Shown: in pieces, positions 19,054-28,200 of the stretch
Layout: the number at the start of each line of letters is the position of its first letter
Position numbering within the stretch: the first letter of the stretch is position 1
Source: Gammaproteobacteria bacterium
Lineage (GTDB): Bacteria; Pseudomonadota; Gammaproteobacteria; UBA6429; Thiohalophilaceae
Reading direction: 5' to 3'
Assembly: GCA_024275915.1 (NCBI GenBank)
Contig: JAJRYG010000070.1
Location: forward strand, 34,361-98,360
DNA length: 64,000 nt
Notes under the pieces: model-generated
The model's input: only the letters and a program-made list of their open reading frames with translations
Database searches by the model: none
Told to the model about the DNA's origin: nothing
Program-made: the position numbers and the translations under genes

Positions 19054-19854
19054 TCAGGAATTGGCCAGAGGAACCGCCAGCCACCGTGTCCACTCGGCAA
19101 ACAGCGTCTCGTCCACTGCCGCCACCACCGAACGGCCCACCAGCCTGTTGATGAACACCGGCTCCCCCTGCAGGGTCACCGCCCGGCCTCCGGCCTCGGC
19201 AAAAATCAGGTTGCCTGCCGCATAGTCCCAGATGTTCTGCCTGCCATGCAGGTAGAGCTGCCCCCGGCCCGCCGCCAGCCAGCACCAGTCCAGTGCCGAA
19301 GCACCAAAATTGCGTTGCGAGGCAAACGGTGATTCACTCACCAGGCGCACGGCAAGTGGGGTGGACAGGCGTTTGAAATCAACGATGGCTGCCGTCTGTT
19401 TCAGAGTTCGACCGGACGTCGTCAGCCGCAACGGTTCGCCATTGAGACTGGCGCCCTGCCCCCTGGCCGCCATGAAGCACTCGTCACGGATGGGATCATA
19501 GACCATTCCCAGCACCACCCCCCCTTTCTCCAGCAAGGCCAGCGATACGGCAAAATAGGGAATGCCATTGACGAAATTGCCCGTCCCGTCCAGAGGATCC
19601 AGGCACCACAAGGCCTGACCGCTTTCAAGCACCGCCGTCTGCTCATCGGCACTCATCTCCTCACCCAGAAAAGCGGCCTCCGGCCGCAGTGACAGCAACT
19701 GTTGTGCCAGCCGCCGCTGCATGGCCAGATCCACCTCGGTCACCACGCTGCCATCGGCTTTCCGAGAAGCCGGGGCCAGGGAAAAATGCGGCAGCAGTTC
19801 TTCTCGTGCGGCAGGAATGATGATGGCTTTCAGATTTTCAAGAAGTTGGTGCAT
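19054..19854 (-). CDS. inositol monophosphatase family protein
   Basis: 266 aa with the motifs WCLDPLDGTGNF and WDYAAG. Confidence 0.88.
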   Translation of the reverse strand: MHQLLENLKAIIIPAAREELLPHFSLAPASRKADGSVVTEVDLAMQRRLAQQLLSLRPEAAFLGEEMSADEQTAVLESGQALWCLDPLDGTGNFVNGIPYFAVSLALLEKGGVVLGMVYDPIRDECFMAARGQGASLNGEPLRLTTSGRTLKQTAAIVDFKRLSTPLAVRLVSESPFASQRNFGASALDWCWLAAGRGQLYLHGRQNIWDYAAGNLIFAEAGGRAVTLQGEPVFINRLVGRSVVAAVDETLFAEWTRWLAVPLANS

Positions 19855-20033
19855 CGAAGTATTCCCGAATCAGAATCTGTGGAGAAAATCGCCTCACAGC
19901 AGGAAAAAAGGACTCTCTGCACCATAACCATGATAACAGTACAAGTAAAGCCGACATGTCATGGCTCATCCGGAGAGATGCTCCCGGAAACCGCGCGAGC
20001 AACTGCCTCACGAAACCTGGCAGGGTTCGCCAA

Positions 20034-21494
20034 TCATCCCGTAGCGGATGATCGCCGGTGAACCCAGCGGTGGCGCAGAAGCAGAAAGAGGGTAAAAGCC
20101 AGCAACACAAGTCCACCACCTATCAGCAGCCACAACTGGTCTCTGGACATAAGCGGCTTCTTGATAACCGTAAATCGTCTGTCCTTGCCCAGCAACCGGG
20201 TAAAGGTGGACTGAGCATCTTCCAGGGTGACTGACGCAATCCCCTTCTCATAGTTCTGAAATTCTCCCAGACGATCGAGTTCATTGAGGCTGACCGCATA
20301 ATAGTCGGCATAATCGGAGTTGCTTTCCATGCCCATTGCCTCGGAAAGCAGAATCGATTGCCGGTTTTTTTCAAACAGCGAACGGGTCATAAGGCCATTA
20401 TCCAGATCCTCCATGATGCCATTCATGATGCCCTCCATCTTCTTGGCATCCTCGACCTTGCCTTTGCTGCTGAGAAAAAATATGCCCGCCTCATGGAAAT
20501 AGGCCACACCCGCACCGGGGGTATAGGCAAGCCCCTCATCGATACGCAGGCGCTCATACATCATCTTGTCGATGAGGTTTGCCAGAATATCCAGAGCAAA
20601 ATAATCCTTGCCATAGGGCACACCTATTCGATATTCGTACAGAACCAGTGCATTGCGACTGAACAACTGGTTACCCACACCTTCGAACCAGCGGTTTCCC
20701 TGCAGCCTGACAGGCTCGGGAGTGGGACGCAAGGGCCGTTCCGGCTGACTCACAGCCATACGGCCAAAGGTGGCTCTGATCCTGTCGAGCAGCCTGTCCC
20801 TGTCAAACTTGCCAACCAGAATCAGGCTCATGTTATCAGCTGTATAGTACCTGCCGAAAGCATCGAGAATATCCTGCCGCTCGACCGTGCTGGCCGTCTG
20901 CTGTTCATCACATTCGAGAATCACGCCGGGATAGAGGTTGTGCAATGGTGCATTCGTGATCAGGCCTATGCCCAGATTGTTGAGCAGTCGCTTGAAGTAA
21001 CTGGTGGCACTGCCCATCTCACGCAACAAAACATTACGGCTGGTGACAAACGATTGCTCATCGAACAGGCTATCGGTAAAGATTTCATGCAAGACATCAA
21101 TAGCCACCCCGGCCCGTGGGCTGTAGATGTTGACTTCATAATACGTGGCGTATGACCCTGTTCCAGCATTCCAGCTACCACCATTGGTCTCGATGAGCGT
21201 ATCCAGCTCACTCTCCGTATGCTTGCTGGTGCCATTGAACATCATGTGTTCGAGAAAGTGTGGCACCTCGCGCTTGCCACAGGGGAAATCCCTCATCCCC
21301 GTATTGACCACCAGGCGGATCGCCACATTGTTGGCCTCTCCCCGGGGTTTGAGGATCACCCGCAAGCCATTGTCCAGCCGCAGCTGCTCGATCTGGTAGA
21401 AATCGTCATTGACATACTCGTTCCCCAGCGCCAGCGGCGGCCACAGAGCCATCAGCAAAAAAGGGGACAGAAAAACGGAAAACACGCGTTGCAT
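20034..21494 (-). CDS. M16 (pitrilysin/insulinase) family zinc peptidase with C-terminal TM anchor
   Basis: HxxEH motif (HFLEHMMFNGT), a signal peptide from MQRVFSVFLSPFLLMALWPPLALG and a C-terminal hydrophobic segment. The start could instead be 21503. Confidence 0.85.
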   Translation of the reverse strand: MQRVFSVFLSPFLLMALWPPLALGNEYVNDDFYQIEQLRLDNGLRVILKPRGEANNVAIRLVVNTGMRDFPCGKREVPHFLEHMMFNGTSKHTESELDTLIETNGGSWNAGTGSYATYYEVNIYSPRAGVAIDVLHEIFTDSLFDEQSFVTSRNVLLREMGSATSYFKRLLNNLGIGLITNAPLHNLYPGVILECDEQQTASTVERQDILDAFGRYYTADNMSLILVGKFDRDRLLDRIRATFGRMAVSQPERPLRPTPEPVRLQGNRWFEGVGNQLFSRNALVLYEYRIGVPYGKDYFALDILANLIDKMMYERLRIDEGLAYTPGAGVAYFHEAGIFFLSSKGKVEDAKKMEGIMNGIMEDLDNGLMTRSLFEKNRQSILLSEAMGMESNSDYADYYAVSLNELDRLGEFQNYEKGIASVTLEDAQSTFTRLLGKDRRFTVIKKPLMSRDQLWLLIGGGLVLLAFTLFLLLRHRWVHRRSSATG

Positions 21495-21856
21495 CACAAA
21501 CATCCTGAATTCGGGGAAAACGACCAAGCCGGCCAGACACACCGGTGCTGACTCATTAGAACATGGATATCGGCAGATTTCCCTGGCTCCGCAGCACACA
21601 GGCGCAAATGACAGAGCAATGGCGTACAGAGGCATCAATTGCCAGACGATAAGCTCCATGCCCCGTTTATGTATGCAGGAAGATCTCCCCGCCTGCTTCC
21701 TGAGTGAGAGGCTGTCAACGGGACAGCGCTATCAGCATGATTTTGGTATCAAAATGGCGGGTTTAAGCCAATATAATGGCCATTTATCGGGATTTTTTCT
21801 TTTCTTTTCAAAGACCTGTGCTGGTCCGACCCTCATGCGCAGTTTGGACGGCACAA

Positions 21857-21894
21857 ATACAAACGGGGCACCATTTCTGGTGCCCCGTTTGTAT
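21857..21894 (-). terminator. 17-bp perfect hairpin immediately 3' of tRNA-fMet
   Basis: ATACAAACGGGGCACCA-TTTC-TGGTGCCCCGTTTGTAT, followed on the minus strand by TTGTGCC. It lies 9 nt after the tRNA 3' end. Confidence 0.5.
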
Positions 21895-21902
21895 CTGAAT
21901 TT

Positions 21903-21979
<77 letters not shown>

Positions 21980-22191
21980 TCAGAAAAGCGCATTATACGG
22001 ACTTTTTGCTGTTTTACAAGCACATAGCGGCATTATTTATCTCGATTTCCAAGGCAAGAGCATACTGCCACATATCCGGTTAGTGAGCGGGGCAAGGTGA
22101 GTATGCGCTTGCCCTGTCTCGATTTTTGGGACTTTGGCGACGGCCGGTGCTGAATTTGGGCCGGTTTGTGATATTTTGCAATGACTCAGGG

Positions 22192-22204
22192 TTGCATAAT
22201 GCAG
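22192..22204. promoter_or_regulatory. candidate upstream activator site (TTGCA-N3-TGCAG motif)
   Basis: TTGCATAATGCAG lies ~63 nt upstream of the sigma54 promoter of soxY. It matches 27616..27628 at 12 of 13 positions and is related to 24237..24249. Confidence 0.35.
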
Positions 22205-22266
22205 AAAGTGTGCGTGACTGCCATGTCTGGACATTCTATCTTGTTGATTATCATGGGCTATTTTAT

Positions 22267-22282
22267 TGGCCTGTTAATTGCA
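22267..22282 (+). promoter_or_regulatory. sigma54 (-24/-12) promoter of soxYZ
   Basis: TGGCCTGTTAATTGCA against the consensus TGGCAC-N5-TTGCW, with GG and GC at the correct spacing. It ends 60 nt before the soxY ATG. Confidence 0.7.
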
Positions 22283-22341
22283 TTTGATAAAAGAAGTTAT
22301 GACAATATCAAATTTCAAATGATCTGGAGGAAACCCCACGC

Positions 22342-22812
22342 ATGAAACAGCAACGCAGAACCTTGCTGAAAGCCGGTATGGCGGCCAGCACGCTGGCTGT
22401 CGCTGCCGGAGCCAACCTGTTGACCCCACGGATGGTACTGGCCGCCTGGCCCGAACAGGCTTTCAAAGCAAAAAAATACCCGGATGCCATGCAGGCCCTG
22501 ATTGGCGACACCCAACCGGTGGATAACAAGGACATTACCGTCAAGGCACCGGATATTGCCGAAAATGGTGCGGTGGTTTCCGTTACCGTAAAAACAACCC
22601 TGCCTGACGTCGAAAGCATTTCGATCTTTGTTCCTGTGAATACCTTCCCGCTTTCCGCTTCTTATGAAATGAGCAACATGGCCGATGGGTTCATTACCGG
22701 ACGCTTCAAGATGGCCAAGACATCCGATGTGGTTGCCGTGGTCAAGGCAGGGGGTAAATTGTATACCGCGAAGAAAGCCGTCAAGGTTACCCTTGGCGGC
22801 TGTGGCGGTTAG
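22342..22812 (+). CDS. soxY: sulfur carrier protein SoxY
   Basis: 156 aa with Tat-type signal MKQQRRTLLKAG and the diagnostic C-terminal GGCGG. Confidence 0.93.
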   Translation: MKQQRRTLLKAGMAASTLAVAAGANLLTPRMVLAAWPEQAFKAKKYPDAMQALIGDTQPVDNKDITVKAPDIAENGAVVSVTVKTTLPDVESISIFVPVNTFPLSASYEMSNMADGFITGRFKMAKTSDVVAVVKAGGKLYTAKKAVKVTLGGCGG

Positions 22813-22830
22813 AGCAGGAGGAGAGAATAG

Positions 22831-23145
22831 ATGAAAAATAAAATGAAAATCCGTGCCTGGATGGACAAGGACAAGACCATGGTAAAAGCCATCATTTTCC
22901 ACCCCATGGAAACGGGCTTGCGCAAGGACAAGAAAACCGGCAAGAAAATCCCACCCCAGTACATCACGGAAGTCGCCTGTGAACACAACGGAAAATCTGT
23001 GCTAAATTGCATGTGGGGACCGGGTGTGTCCAAGAACCCTTTCCTGTCATTCCGTTTTGGCGGTGCCAAATCCGGTGATACGCTGAAGATTTCATGGAAG
23101 GACAATACCGGCAACAGTGGAAGCTCTGAGGCCAAGATTGGATAA
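22831..23145 (+). CDS. soxZ: sulfur carrier complex protein SoxZ
   Basis: 104 aa with SoxZ signatures HPMETGLRKDKKTGK.IP and GPGVSKNPFLSF.F. Located 18 nt after soxY. Confidence 0.92.
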   Translation: MKNKMKIRAWMDKDKTMVKAIIFHPMETGLRKDKKTGKKIPPQYITEVACEHNGKSVLNCMWGPGVSKNPFLSFRFGGAKSGDTLKISWKDNTGNSGSSEAKIG

Positions 23146-23186
23146 GTAATCACAACAGTTTATATCTCCCTTGTGGTAGAGGTAGA

Positions 23187-23214
23187 GGCGTACAGAAATG
23201 TACGCCTTTTTTTT
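23187..23214 (+). terminator. rho-independent terminator after soxZ
   Basis: GGCGTACA-GAAA-TGTACGCC followed by T8. Confidence 0.85.
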
Positions 23215-23297
23215 CACTGGCAGATACTGGAAAACAAGGGACGAGGGTCGAAATAAGTATGGCTAGGATGAAGCACAAAGGAATCCGGGCTGGCGTT

Positions 23298-23464
23298 TTA
23301 GCAGACTGTTGAAAAACGCCGTTATTCGACAGCCTGTGTGAGGTGCAGGGAAGCACCGCCATTTTCAATGACCACAAGTCATTGAAAATGTGAGGGAACG
23401 GCAAACCGTGTTTTCCGTTCCCGGGTTGAAAAAGTCCAGGGAGGGACTTTTTCAACATCCTGTT
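23298..23464. repeat. nested-hairpin repeat, family B (long composite copy)
   Basis: The ends match the 70-bp copy at 59789..59858. Internal perfect 13-bp stems are CATTTTCAATGAC/GTCATTGAAAATG and GTTGAAAAAGTCC/GGACTTTTTCAAC. Confidence 0.8.
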
Positions 23465-23564
23465 AAGACAACAGGTCTCATTGCGCCATTATAATTATCA
23501 GAATATCAACAACTTGAAACAGAGACACAACCATATCCACCCACAAATTTTTCTAACCAGGCAA

Positions 23565-23591
23565 ATAAAAAACGGGTGCCAGGGCACCCGT
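23565..23591 (-). terminator. rho-independent terminator after the DsrE-like gene
   Basis: The minus strand reads ACGGGTGCC-CT-GGCACCCGT followed by TTTTTATTT. Confidence 0.8.
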
Positions 23592-23613
23592 CTCTTGAGC
23601 CGGTTGTTACGTC

Positions 23614-24087
23614 TCAGGGTTTGACGTACAGGTAACCTTTTTGCTGCAGGTCGGCAACCTGGGCAACACCGGAAGGTACAATTTCAGCAAATTCGCTGAT
23701 CTTGTTCTTGTCGATTTTCTTGCCACGAATGGTGTTGGCACAAATCTGGAATTTCACACCACGATTGGCCAGGCTGGCGATGGTGTCGTTGAAATCATAG
23801 ACCTTGCCGGTTTTCTTGTCTTTTTTACCCATTGCACCATCGACCAGCGCAAAGGCACCACTGCTGTGTGTGACAACAATGATTTCGACATTATCATCAC
23901 CCAGTGCATTGAGGTGATTCTTGACGTTACGCAATGCACCCTTGGCAGTGTGGATGTTGTTGATGTGGTATACGACTTTCTGTTTATCATAACCGTTTTT
24001 GGCGGAACCGGCCTGAACTGAGGTCATTCCCAGACCCAGCAGTACGATGGTTAAGAGTAAAAATGTCTTGTTAAAAGCTGACTTCAT
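23614..24087 (-). CDS. exported DsrE/DsrF-like family protein
   Basis: 157 aa with signal peptide MKSAFNKTFLLLTIVLLGLGMTSVQAG and a DsrE-like core (VVYHIN..., IIVVTHSSG, conserved Cys in KFQICANT). GGAGGAG RBS. Confidence 0.75.
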   Translation of the reverse strand: MKSAFNKTFLLLTIVLLGLGMTSVQAGSAKNGYDKQKVVYHINNIHTAKGALRNVKNHLNALGDDNVEIIVVTHSSGAFALVDGAMGKKDKKTGKVYDFNDTIASLANRGVKFQICANTIRGKKIDKNKISEFAEIVPSGVAQVADLQQKGYLYVKP

Positions 24088-24134
24088 GCTATCTCCTCCG
24101 ATATGGATGTCTAGATTGTTGTAATACTTCTGTT

Positions 24135-24150
24135 TGCAAGCTTCATACCA
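24135..24150 (-). promoter_or_regulatory. sigma54 (-24/-12) promoter of the DsrE-like gene
   Basis: The reverse complement TGGTATGAAGCTTGCA has GG and GC at consensus spacing. It ends 47 nt before the ATG at 24087. Confidence 0.65.
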
Positions 24151-24209
24151 CTCGCAGACTTCAGTATTTTTATTAATGTTTACAACTACTTGAAACTAAC
24201 CCTGTTTCC

Positions 24210-24249
24210 TTGCCAGAGCTGGCAAGTGTTAAATTGCTGCAATTTGCAT
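24210..24249. promoter_or_regulatory. two inverted repeats upstream of the DsrE-like promoter (candidate enhancer sites)
   Basis: TTGCCAG-AG-CTGGCAA (24210..24225) and CTGCAATTTGCAT (24237..24249, core TGCAA-T-TTGCA). They lie 60-100 nt upstream of the -24/-12 element. Confidence 0.4.
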
Positions 24250-24274
24250 CCCATAAATGATTATATTCTGCATT

Positions 24275-25645
24275 TCACACCAATTCTGTCCCCTCCTCAT
24301 AACGTCGCAGCTTGCGCCACAATGTTGTCTTGTCGATCCCCAGTACTTCGGCGGCCTTGGTCTTTTTGCCATTGAAGCACTTGAGAACGTGGTTGATATA
24401 TTTTTCTTCCAGATCTGTCAAGGAGAAGAATTCATCATCGGAAAATTTGACCGGGGTTTTCAGATCGATGACCATCTCCTCATCGTAGGCTTCCCAGTAC
24501 AGGGTCGGCCCATCCGCCAGGATCACACAGCGTTCCACCACGTTACGCAGTTCACGGATGTTGCCCGGCCAGCTGGCCATGCAAAGGCGTTGCAGGGAAA
24601 TATTGTCAAAGCCCTGGACACGTCGCTGGTAACGTTCATTGAACTCGGCAATGAACTTGTCGACGATGGCGGGAATGTCTTCCCTGCGCTCGGACAGGGG
24701 CGGTACATGCAGGGTCACGACATTCAGACGGTGAAAGAAATCACTGCGCAGTTTGCCCTGATCGACCATGTATTCCAGATTCTGGTTGCTGGCGGCAATC
24801 ACTCGCACATCAACCGGGATACTGGTGCTGCCACCCACCCGGGTGATGCAGTTTTCCTCTATGGCCCGCATCAGCTTGACCTGCATGGTATCGGAGATAT
24901 TGCAGATTTCGTCAAGAAACAGGGTGCCACCGTTTGCCTGTTCGATAAGGCCATATTTGCGCTGGGTTGCCCCGGTAAAGGCGCCCTTTTCATGACCAAA
25001 CAGTTCACTTTCCAGCAAGGTGGTGGTCAATGCCCCACAGTCGACAGCAACGAAGGGCGCGTCACTTCTCGGACTGTAGTCATGCAATGCTCTTGCTACC
25101 AGTTCCTTGCCCGTCCCGGTTTCGCCGGTGATCACCGCGCTGCAGGAAACTTCGGCGACTTTTTCTATGGTGGTAAACAGGGTTTTCATCACCGGTGTGT
25201 CACCGATCATGCCAAAGCGATTGCGCTTGTTACCCAACTCACGCTTTAGCAACATGTTTTCGGTTTTCAGACGTGCATTTTTCAGGGTTCGCTCAATGAG
25301 CAGGCGAAGCTCGGTAAAGTCGAATGGTTTTTTGATGAAATCCGATGCACCACGTTTCATCGCCTCCACAGCATTTTCCACCGATGAATAGCCGGTCATG
25401 ACCAGCACGGGAACATCCTTGTCGATGGCCCGGACTTCAGAAAGAAATTCAAAACCATTCATGCCGGGCATACGCAGATCGGTAATAATGATGTCTGCAC
25501 CTTCTTCATTGAAACTGGCGAGGCATTTTCGCGCATCCTGATAGACCTGGCAGTGGTAATGGGCGTTGTCGCAATTTCTCTGCATGACCCGGCAGGTTAC
25601 GACATCATCATCCACAAACAGGATTCGAGTGGTTTTATCCGGCAT
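24275..25645 (-). CDS. sigma54-dependent response regulator (NtrC family enhancer-binding protein)
   Basis: 456 aa with a REC domain, AAA+ Walker A GETGTGKE, the GAFTGA loop and a C-terminal Fis-type HTH ([16 protein letters not shown]). Confidence 0.93.
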   Translation of the reverse strand: MPDKTTRILFVDDDVVTCRVMQRNCDNAHYHCQVYQDARKCLASFNEEGADIIITDLRMPGMNGFEFLSEVRAIDKDVPVLVMTGYSSVENAVEAMKRGASDFIKKPFDFTELRLLIERTLKNARLKTENMLLKRELGNKRNRFGMIGDTPVMKTLFTTIEKVAEVSCSAVITGETGTGKELVARALHDYSPRSDAPFVAVDCGALTTTLLESELFGHEKGAFTGATQRKYGLIEQANGGTLFLDEICNISDTMQVKLMRAIEENCITRVGGSTSIPVDVRVIAASNQNLEYMVDQGKLRSDFFHRLNVVTLHVPPLSERREDIPAIVDKFIAEFNERYQRRVQGFDNISLQRLCMASWPGNIRELRNVVERCVILADGPTLYWEAYDEEMVIDLKTPVKFSDDEFFSLTDLEEKYINHVLKCFNGKKTKAAEVLGIDKTTLWRKLRRYEEGTELV

Positions 25646-27596
25646 GGCTTGCCTCCTTCATGACCTGGGTACTGGTTTCAAAATTGACGGAAACGGGTAA
25701 ACTGATGGTGACGACTACACCACCGGCCTGATTGTTTACGATACTCAGGTTACCCTGATGGCGCTGGATGATACCGTAACTGATGGACAGCCCAAGTCCG
25801 GTTCCCTCGCCTTCCTCTTTGGTAGTAAAAAATGGATCGAATATCTTGGAATAATGCTTGTTGTTGATCCCGGCTCCGGAATCAATGACCTCGATGATGA
25901 TCTTGCCGTTGGTTTCACTGGCATTGATCTTCAATACAGAATGTTCCGGTGAGGCCTGGATGGCATTCAAGATGATATTGACCAGAACCTGTTGCAGCAG
26001 GCTGGCATCCCCTTCCATATGCAGGTCAGGATCGATATTCTCTTTGAGGTGGATATTGGCAGATTCGATTCGATGATGGAGCAGTTGCAGGGTTTCTTCG
26101 AGCAGCTTGGCCATATCGAAGGGTTCGTAGCTGGGTTTCTTTTCCCTGGCAAAGCTGAGAATCCCCTGCACGATACGGGCACAACGCTCACCCTCTTTTT
26201 TCAGCAGTTGCAGATCATTTTTCTTTTCTGTTTCAGTGGATTCCAGCGACTCTTCCACCAGTGATGCCAGTGACATGATGTTCATCAACGGGTTGTTGAT
26301 TTCATGGCCGATACCGGCGGCAAGCTGGCCAAGTGCAGCCAGTCGCTCGGACTGGCAGGCGGCACGCACGGCATTGGCTCGTTCTTTTTCTGTTGATTCC
26401 AGTTTTTCTGCCAGGTAATTGAAGGCCTGGCCAGCCTGGCCAATTTCATCCTCGGTGTTACGCGGCTTGTCGAAACGCAGGGCACGGTTGCCATCGGCGT
26501 AACCGCGCATGATTTCTGCCAGATGGCGTACCGGTTTGGTCAGTCTGTCCGATGTCCATATGGCGATCAGGACACTGACTACCAGCAGTATTCCCAGCAG
26601 GAACCAGATGGAACGGCGCATCTTGTTGATTGGTGCATAGACATTGCTCGAGCCGGTTTCGATGACCAGCAGCCATTTTGTCTGCCGATCCTGGTAGGGG
26701 GATATCTTGGTATAAAAAAGCATTCGTCCATCTTGCTTGAACAGACTGCCACTGCTGTGCTTGTTTTTTATCTGCTGCCATTCATCCGCTGTCAGTTCGT
26801 TGGAGAATCGATGATTGGAACCCAGCTGGTTGGCAAAACGCTTGCTTGTTTCACGATGATAGAGGTAGATTCCGTCCCGGTTGCTGTCCTCGTTGAGCTC
26901 GACGATATAGGCATTGACCGAATGGCCACCCAAGGCCGCCTCGATGGTGGCATCGAGACGGCGACCCCACATATTGACCACCAACACACCTTCGAGGTTA
27001 TCGACTTCATCGCGGATAGGAACCGAATAGCGCACCATGGCCGGACAGAAATCGGCATTGCGATCCACCTGCCCCAGTTCGAAATCTGACATGCTGAGTG
27101 TCGTCTTGCCCTCGACGGCGCTTTTGAAAAATGGCCGGCTAGACTGATCCGCGATATACATGCGCCCGGATTCGGTATCCAGGTGGCTTGCCAGAATGGG
27201 CTTGCCCTCCTTGACCTTGACCAGGGTCTTGCCCGACTTGTCGATAAAGCGCAGAGCCTGGATACTGGGAACCGAATGTTGATAATTCAGAAAGAACTGT
27301 TCCAGATCTTCGGCGTAGCGACTGTAGTCCTTGCTGGAAATAGCCGCCGGGTTGTTTGCAATCACCGCAAAGGTACGCACGGCCGGTACACGGGAGAGCC
27401 CCTTGGCAATGGATTTCTGATTATTGATGATCAGATTGATCTCACCGCGCATCTTGCCCAAGGTGCCCTGCATTTCAGCACGGGTACGGGCGGTGACTTC
27501 CTTTTCCATTTGTTCGACCACACCGAACAGCAGGATCAGCAGCGGGATACTGCTGAGCAGAGATAATACGATGAAAAACTTGTGGCGTAACTGCAT
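25635..27596 (-). CDS. sensor histidine kinase with periplasmic (Cache-like) domain and HAMP
   Basis: 653 aa with two TM segments flanking a ~300-aa periplasmic domain, HAMP, an H-box GIGHEINNPL and N/G boxes (NAIQA, DSGAG, GTGLGL). It overlaps the regulator start by 11 nt. Confidence 0.9.
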   Translation of the reverse strand: MQLRHKFFIVLSLLSSIPLLILLFGVVEQMEKEVTARTRAEMQGTLGKMRGEINLIINNQKSIAKGLSRVPAVRTFAVIANNPAAISSKDYSRYAEDLEQFFLNYQHSVPSIQALRFIDKSGKTLVKVKEGKPILASHLDTESGRMYIADQSSRPFFKSAVEGKTTLSMSDFELGQVDRNADFCPAMVRYSVPIRDEVDNLEGVLVVNMWGRRLDATIEAALGGHSVNAYIVELNEDSNRDGIYLYHRETSKRFANQLGSNHRFSNELTADEWQQIKNKHSSGSLFKQDGRMLFYTKISPYQDRQTKWLLVIETGSSNVYAPINKMRRSIWFLLGILLVVSVLIAIWTSDRLTKPVRHLAEIMRGYADGNRALRFDKPRNTEDEIGQAGQAFNYLAEKLESTEKERANAVRAACQSERLAALGQLAAGIGHEINNPLMNIMSLASLVEESLESTETEKKNDLQLLKKEGERCARIVQGILSFAREKKPSYEPFDMAKLLEETLQLLHHRIESANIHLKENIDPDLHMEGDASLLQQVLVNIILNAIQASPEHSVLKINASETNGKIIIEVIDSGAGINNKHYSKIFDPFFTTKEEGEGTGLGLSISYGIIQRHQGNLSIVNNQAGGVVVTISLPVSVNFETSTQVMKEASHAG

Positions 27597-27615
27597 GTCT
27601 GTACTCCATGCACAG

Positions 27616-27628
27616 TTGCATATTGCAG
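27616..27628. promoter_or_regulatory. TTGCA-N3-TGCAG motif in the kinase/regulator leader
   Basis: TTGCATATTGCAG lies 20-32 nt upstream of the kinase ATG, just downstream of a TATACT -10-like hexamer on the minus strand. Confidence 0.3.
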
Positions 27629-27724
27629 CTAGTATACTCTTTACGGATAGTTTTTAAACAAACCCGACCAAATCAGGCTGAATCAGGGGTCAAAATGGTG
27701 CAATATGCACCGTCGGCGTGCTGT

Positions 27725-28042
27725 TCAATTGTAATTGCATTTTTTCTTTTTAAAATCATAGAGATAGATATAACCAGGCAGGGCAAACACCAGGAACAGG
27801 CACAAACCAATGACATAGAATTCCCAGTCCTGGGGATGGATGCCGCCGGTGAGCTTCTTTTCCAGCCCAATGGCAATGCCGCCGGTAATGAAGTAGAAGA
27901 TCAGCCACTCCAGCAGGCGCAGCCAGCCGGCCTTGGTTCCGTTGGGCAAGGGGATGAGCCCGAACAGACGATCACTCAGCCACGGCAGGTTCGCGGCGAT
28001 GAGCGCAATGGTAATAAAAATCCAGATAGTCGGGCCTGTCAT
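27725..28042 (-). CDS. DUF2818 family membrane protein
   Basis: 105 aa, about 3 TM, located immediately downstream of nuoN as is commonly seen. Confidence 0.7.
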   Translation of the reverse strand: MTGPTIWIFITIALIAANLPWLSDRLFGLIPLPNGTKAGWLRLLEWLIFYFITGGIAIGLEKKLTGGIHPQDWEFYVIGLCLFLVFALPGYIYLYDFKKKKCNYN

Positions 28043-28082
28043 GGCTCACCTCGATATTGAACGGATGCAGCAGTTTATCGGC

Positions 28083-28200
28083 AACCTGTTGGCGGCACAG
28101 GAATATGCCACCATTTTCACTGCCAAGTCATTGAAAATGCGAGGAAACCCGCAAGCACTTTCAGCCCGGCCAGGAATGGCTAACGCCGTTTTGCCTGCTA
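28083..28200. repeat. family B repeat, degenerate copy
   Basis: GCCACCATTTTCACTGCCAAGTCATTGAAAATGCGAGG aligns to 23354..23394. The end GGCTAACGCCGTTTT resembles the family terminus. Confidence 0.55.

Noticed and set aside
23150-23458. 102-aa minus-strand ORF between soxZ and the DsrE-like gene.
   Set aside because: It is composed of the soxZ terminator and the family B hairpin repeat, and it has no RBS.
24220-24238. A possible plus-strand sigma54 promoter, TGGCAAGTGTTAAATTGCT.
   Set aside because: The GG-to-GC spacing is 3 nt too long for a -24/-12 element, and there is no downstream plus-strand gene. The GGCAA more likely belongs to the inverted repeat TTGCCAG-AG-CTGGCAA.
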